A DNA stretch of 63,312 bases, the filler included, from Asterionella formosa (Eukaryota), in the NCBI GenBank assembly GCA_002256025.1. It is 11 parts of 11 records of this genome, joined end to end, with 100 filler letters (N's around TTAATTAATTAA, not from the genome) between each part and the next. Parts side by side here need not be neighbours in the genome. Positions count along the whole stretch, not along the records: positions 62,205 to 63,312 come from NKIB01004279.1; 10 more parts are not named here. One strand, 5' to 3'. Positions 62,419 through 63,312 of the stretch are shown one piece after another (position 1 is the stretch's first letter; every line of letters starts with the position of its first letter). A program made the translations under genes and the position numbers. Under the pieces are notes generated by a model. That model saw nothing but the letters and a program-made list of their open reading frames with translations, did not search any database and was not told the origin of the DNA.

Positions 62419-62907
62419 CTGATTTCCATGTAGCAAAAAATATTGGTGGTTTATATGAAGGCTATGTAGGCTAGGGTTTAAGGGTTTATAAAAAGAGAGC
62501 GACGAAATATCTTTTTCCAATAACTATATAATAAATATTATTTATCATGTCTTTCTGTTGATTTCGACATCAAGTATGGCAGACGAACGGATTCTGGATT
62601 CCGTCCTGTGCTACAATCGTGTGTGGAATATATTGTATGTAGCCTGTTCATATCTTAACTACCGGTACGTATATTCATCTCTGTCTCCATGTCCATGCTG
62701 ATGGATCCTTCTGTATGCAAAATGAACGTGTTTACAAAACGAGCATCGCTCACCATGAATGTATCAAAATCAGGGAAACATCCATAAAGAAGAGTGTAAA
62801 CGTAAATTTCAACTAACAGATTAACAAAAACGTACCCTACTAATTGATAATCAAAACATAACTGTTCCGTAATTACAATAATATAAACTAAATGATCCTC
62901 CTAATTA

Positions 62908-63312
62908 TTACCATAATGACCATTTCCCATGGAGGTTCAAATTGCGAAGTGCTGCTTTACCTTTTTCTTGAACACCATCATTGGATGAGTAATTTCGCAT
63001 AGCAGACTCAATTACGGCTTTTCCATCAGCATTGGATATAGTCACCCTGTTGTTTTCATTCAAAGCCAAGTTCACAAGTGCTCCACAACTATTCTCTTGC
63101 ACATTAGCATTAGATGAATGATTCTTCATTGCAGACAGAATGGTAGTGATACCTCCTGCTTCAGCAATCGTCACCCTGTTGTCTTCATTCAAAGCCAAGT
63201 CCCAAAGTTCTGAACAACATTTTATTTGAATGTCAGCATTCTGTTCATTCATTTGCATCTTTGAAAGAATTGCAGCAATCGCATTGCGGTTCTTGTTTGC
63301 ATCAATGGGTTT
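62908..63312 (-). CDS. Armadillo-repeat protein, C-terminal part (5' truncated)
   Basis: ARM repeats LALNEDNRVTIAEAGGITTILSAM / VQENSCGALVNLALN; frame open to the window edge. Confidence 0.85.
   Translation of the reverse strand, partial: KPIDANKNRNAIAAILSKMQMNEQNADIQIKCCSELWDLALNEDNRVTIAEAGGITTILSAMKNHSSNANVQENSCGALVNLALNENNRVTISNADGKAVIESAMRNYSSNDGVQEKGKAALRNLNLHGKWSLW

Noticed and set aside
62471..62487. TAGGGTTTAAGGGTTT telomere-like motif (also 58935)
   Set aside because: Only two degenerate units inside a dispersed repeat, not an array.

Overview
Eukaryotic, AT-rich, transposon-dense DNA, most likely from a pennate diatom (inferred from diatom-type CoDi copia elements, diatom-type DNA transposases, short GT-AG introns and an RxL/GK-repeat secreted protein). 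The window is not one locus. It is 11 contigs (three of ~17.8 kb, then eight of 1108 bp) joined by artificial 100-bp N44-TTAATTAATTAA-N44 spacers. Host genes: a sulfotransferase-fold protein, a spliced RING/Zn-finger protein ending in a CaaX box, a spliced DENND4/Crag-like DENN-PPR protein, two hypothetical proteins, a GPR1/FUN34/YaaH-family transporter, a GT-A glycosyltransferase, a secreted mosaic PLA2-like protein and a partial ARM-repeat protein. The rest is layered mobile DNA: several Ty1/copia pieces, decayed piggyBac-like, PIF/Harbinger, pogo-like and Tc1/IS630-like elements, MITEs, a Helitron-like repeat and a tRNA-derived SINE-like family. Most interesting: (1) a copia gag separated from its in-frame protease by one UGA followed by a GC-rich stem-loop (candidate programmed stop-codon readthrough); (2) a SINE-like family sharing its 3' tail with a longer non-coding repeat; (3) the mosaic secreted PLA2-like protein; (4) TACC(W)GGTA palindrome clusters upstream of most genes. 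All family assignments come from motif recognition by eye; no searches were run.
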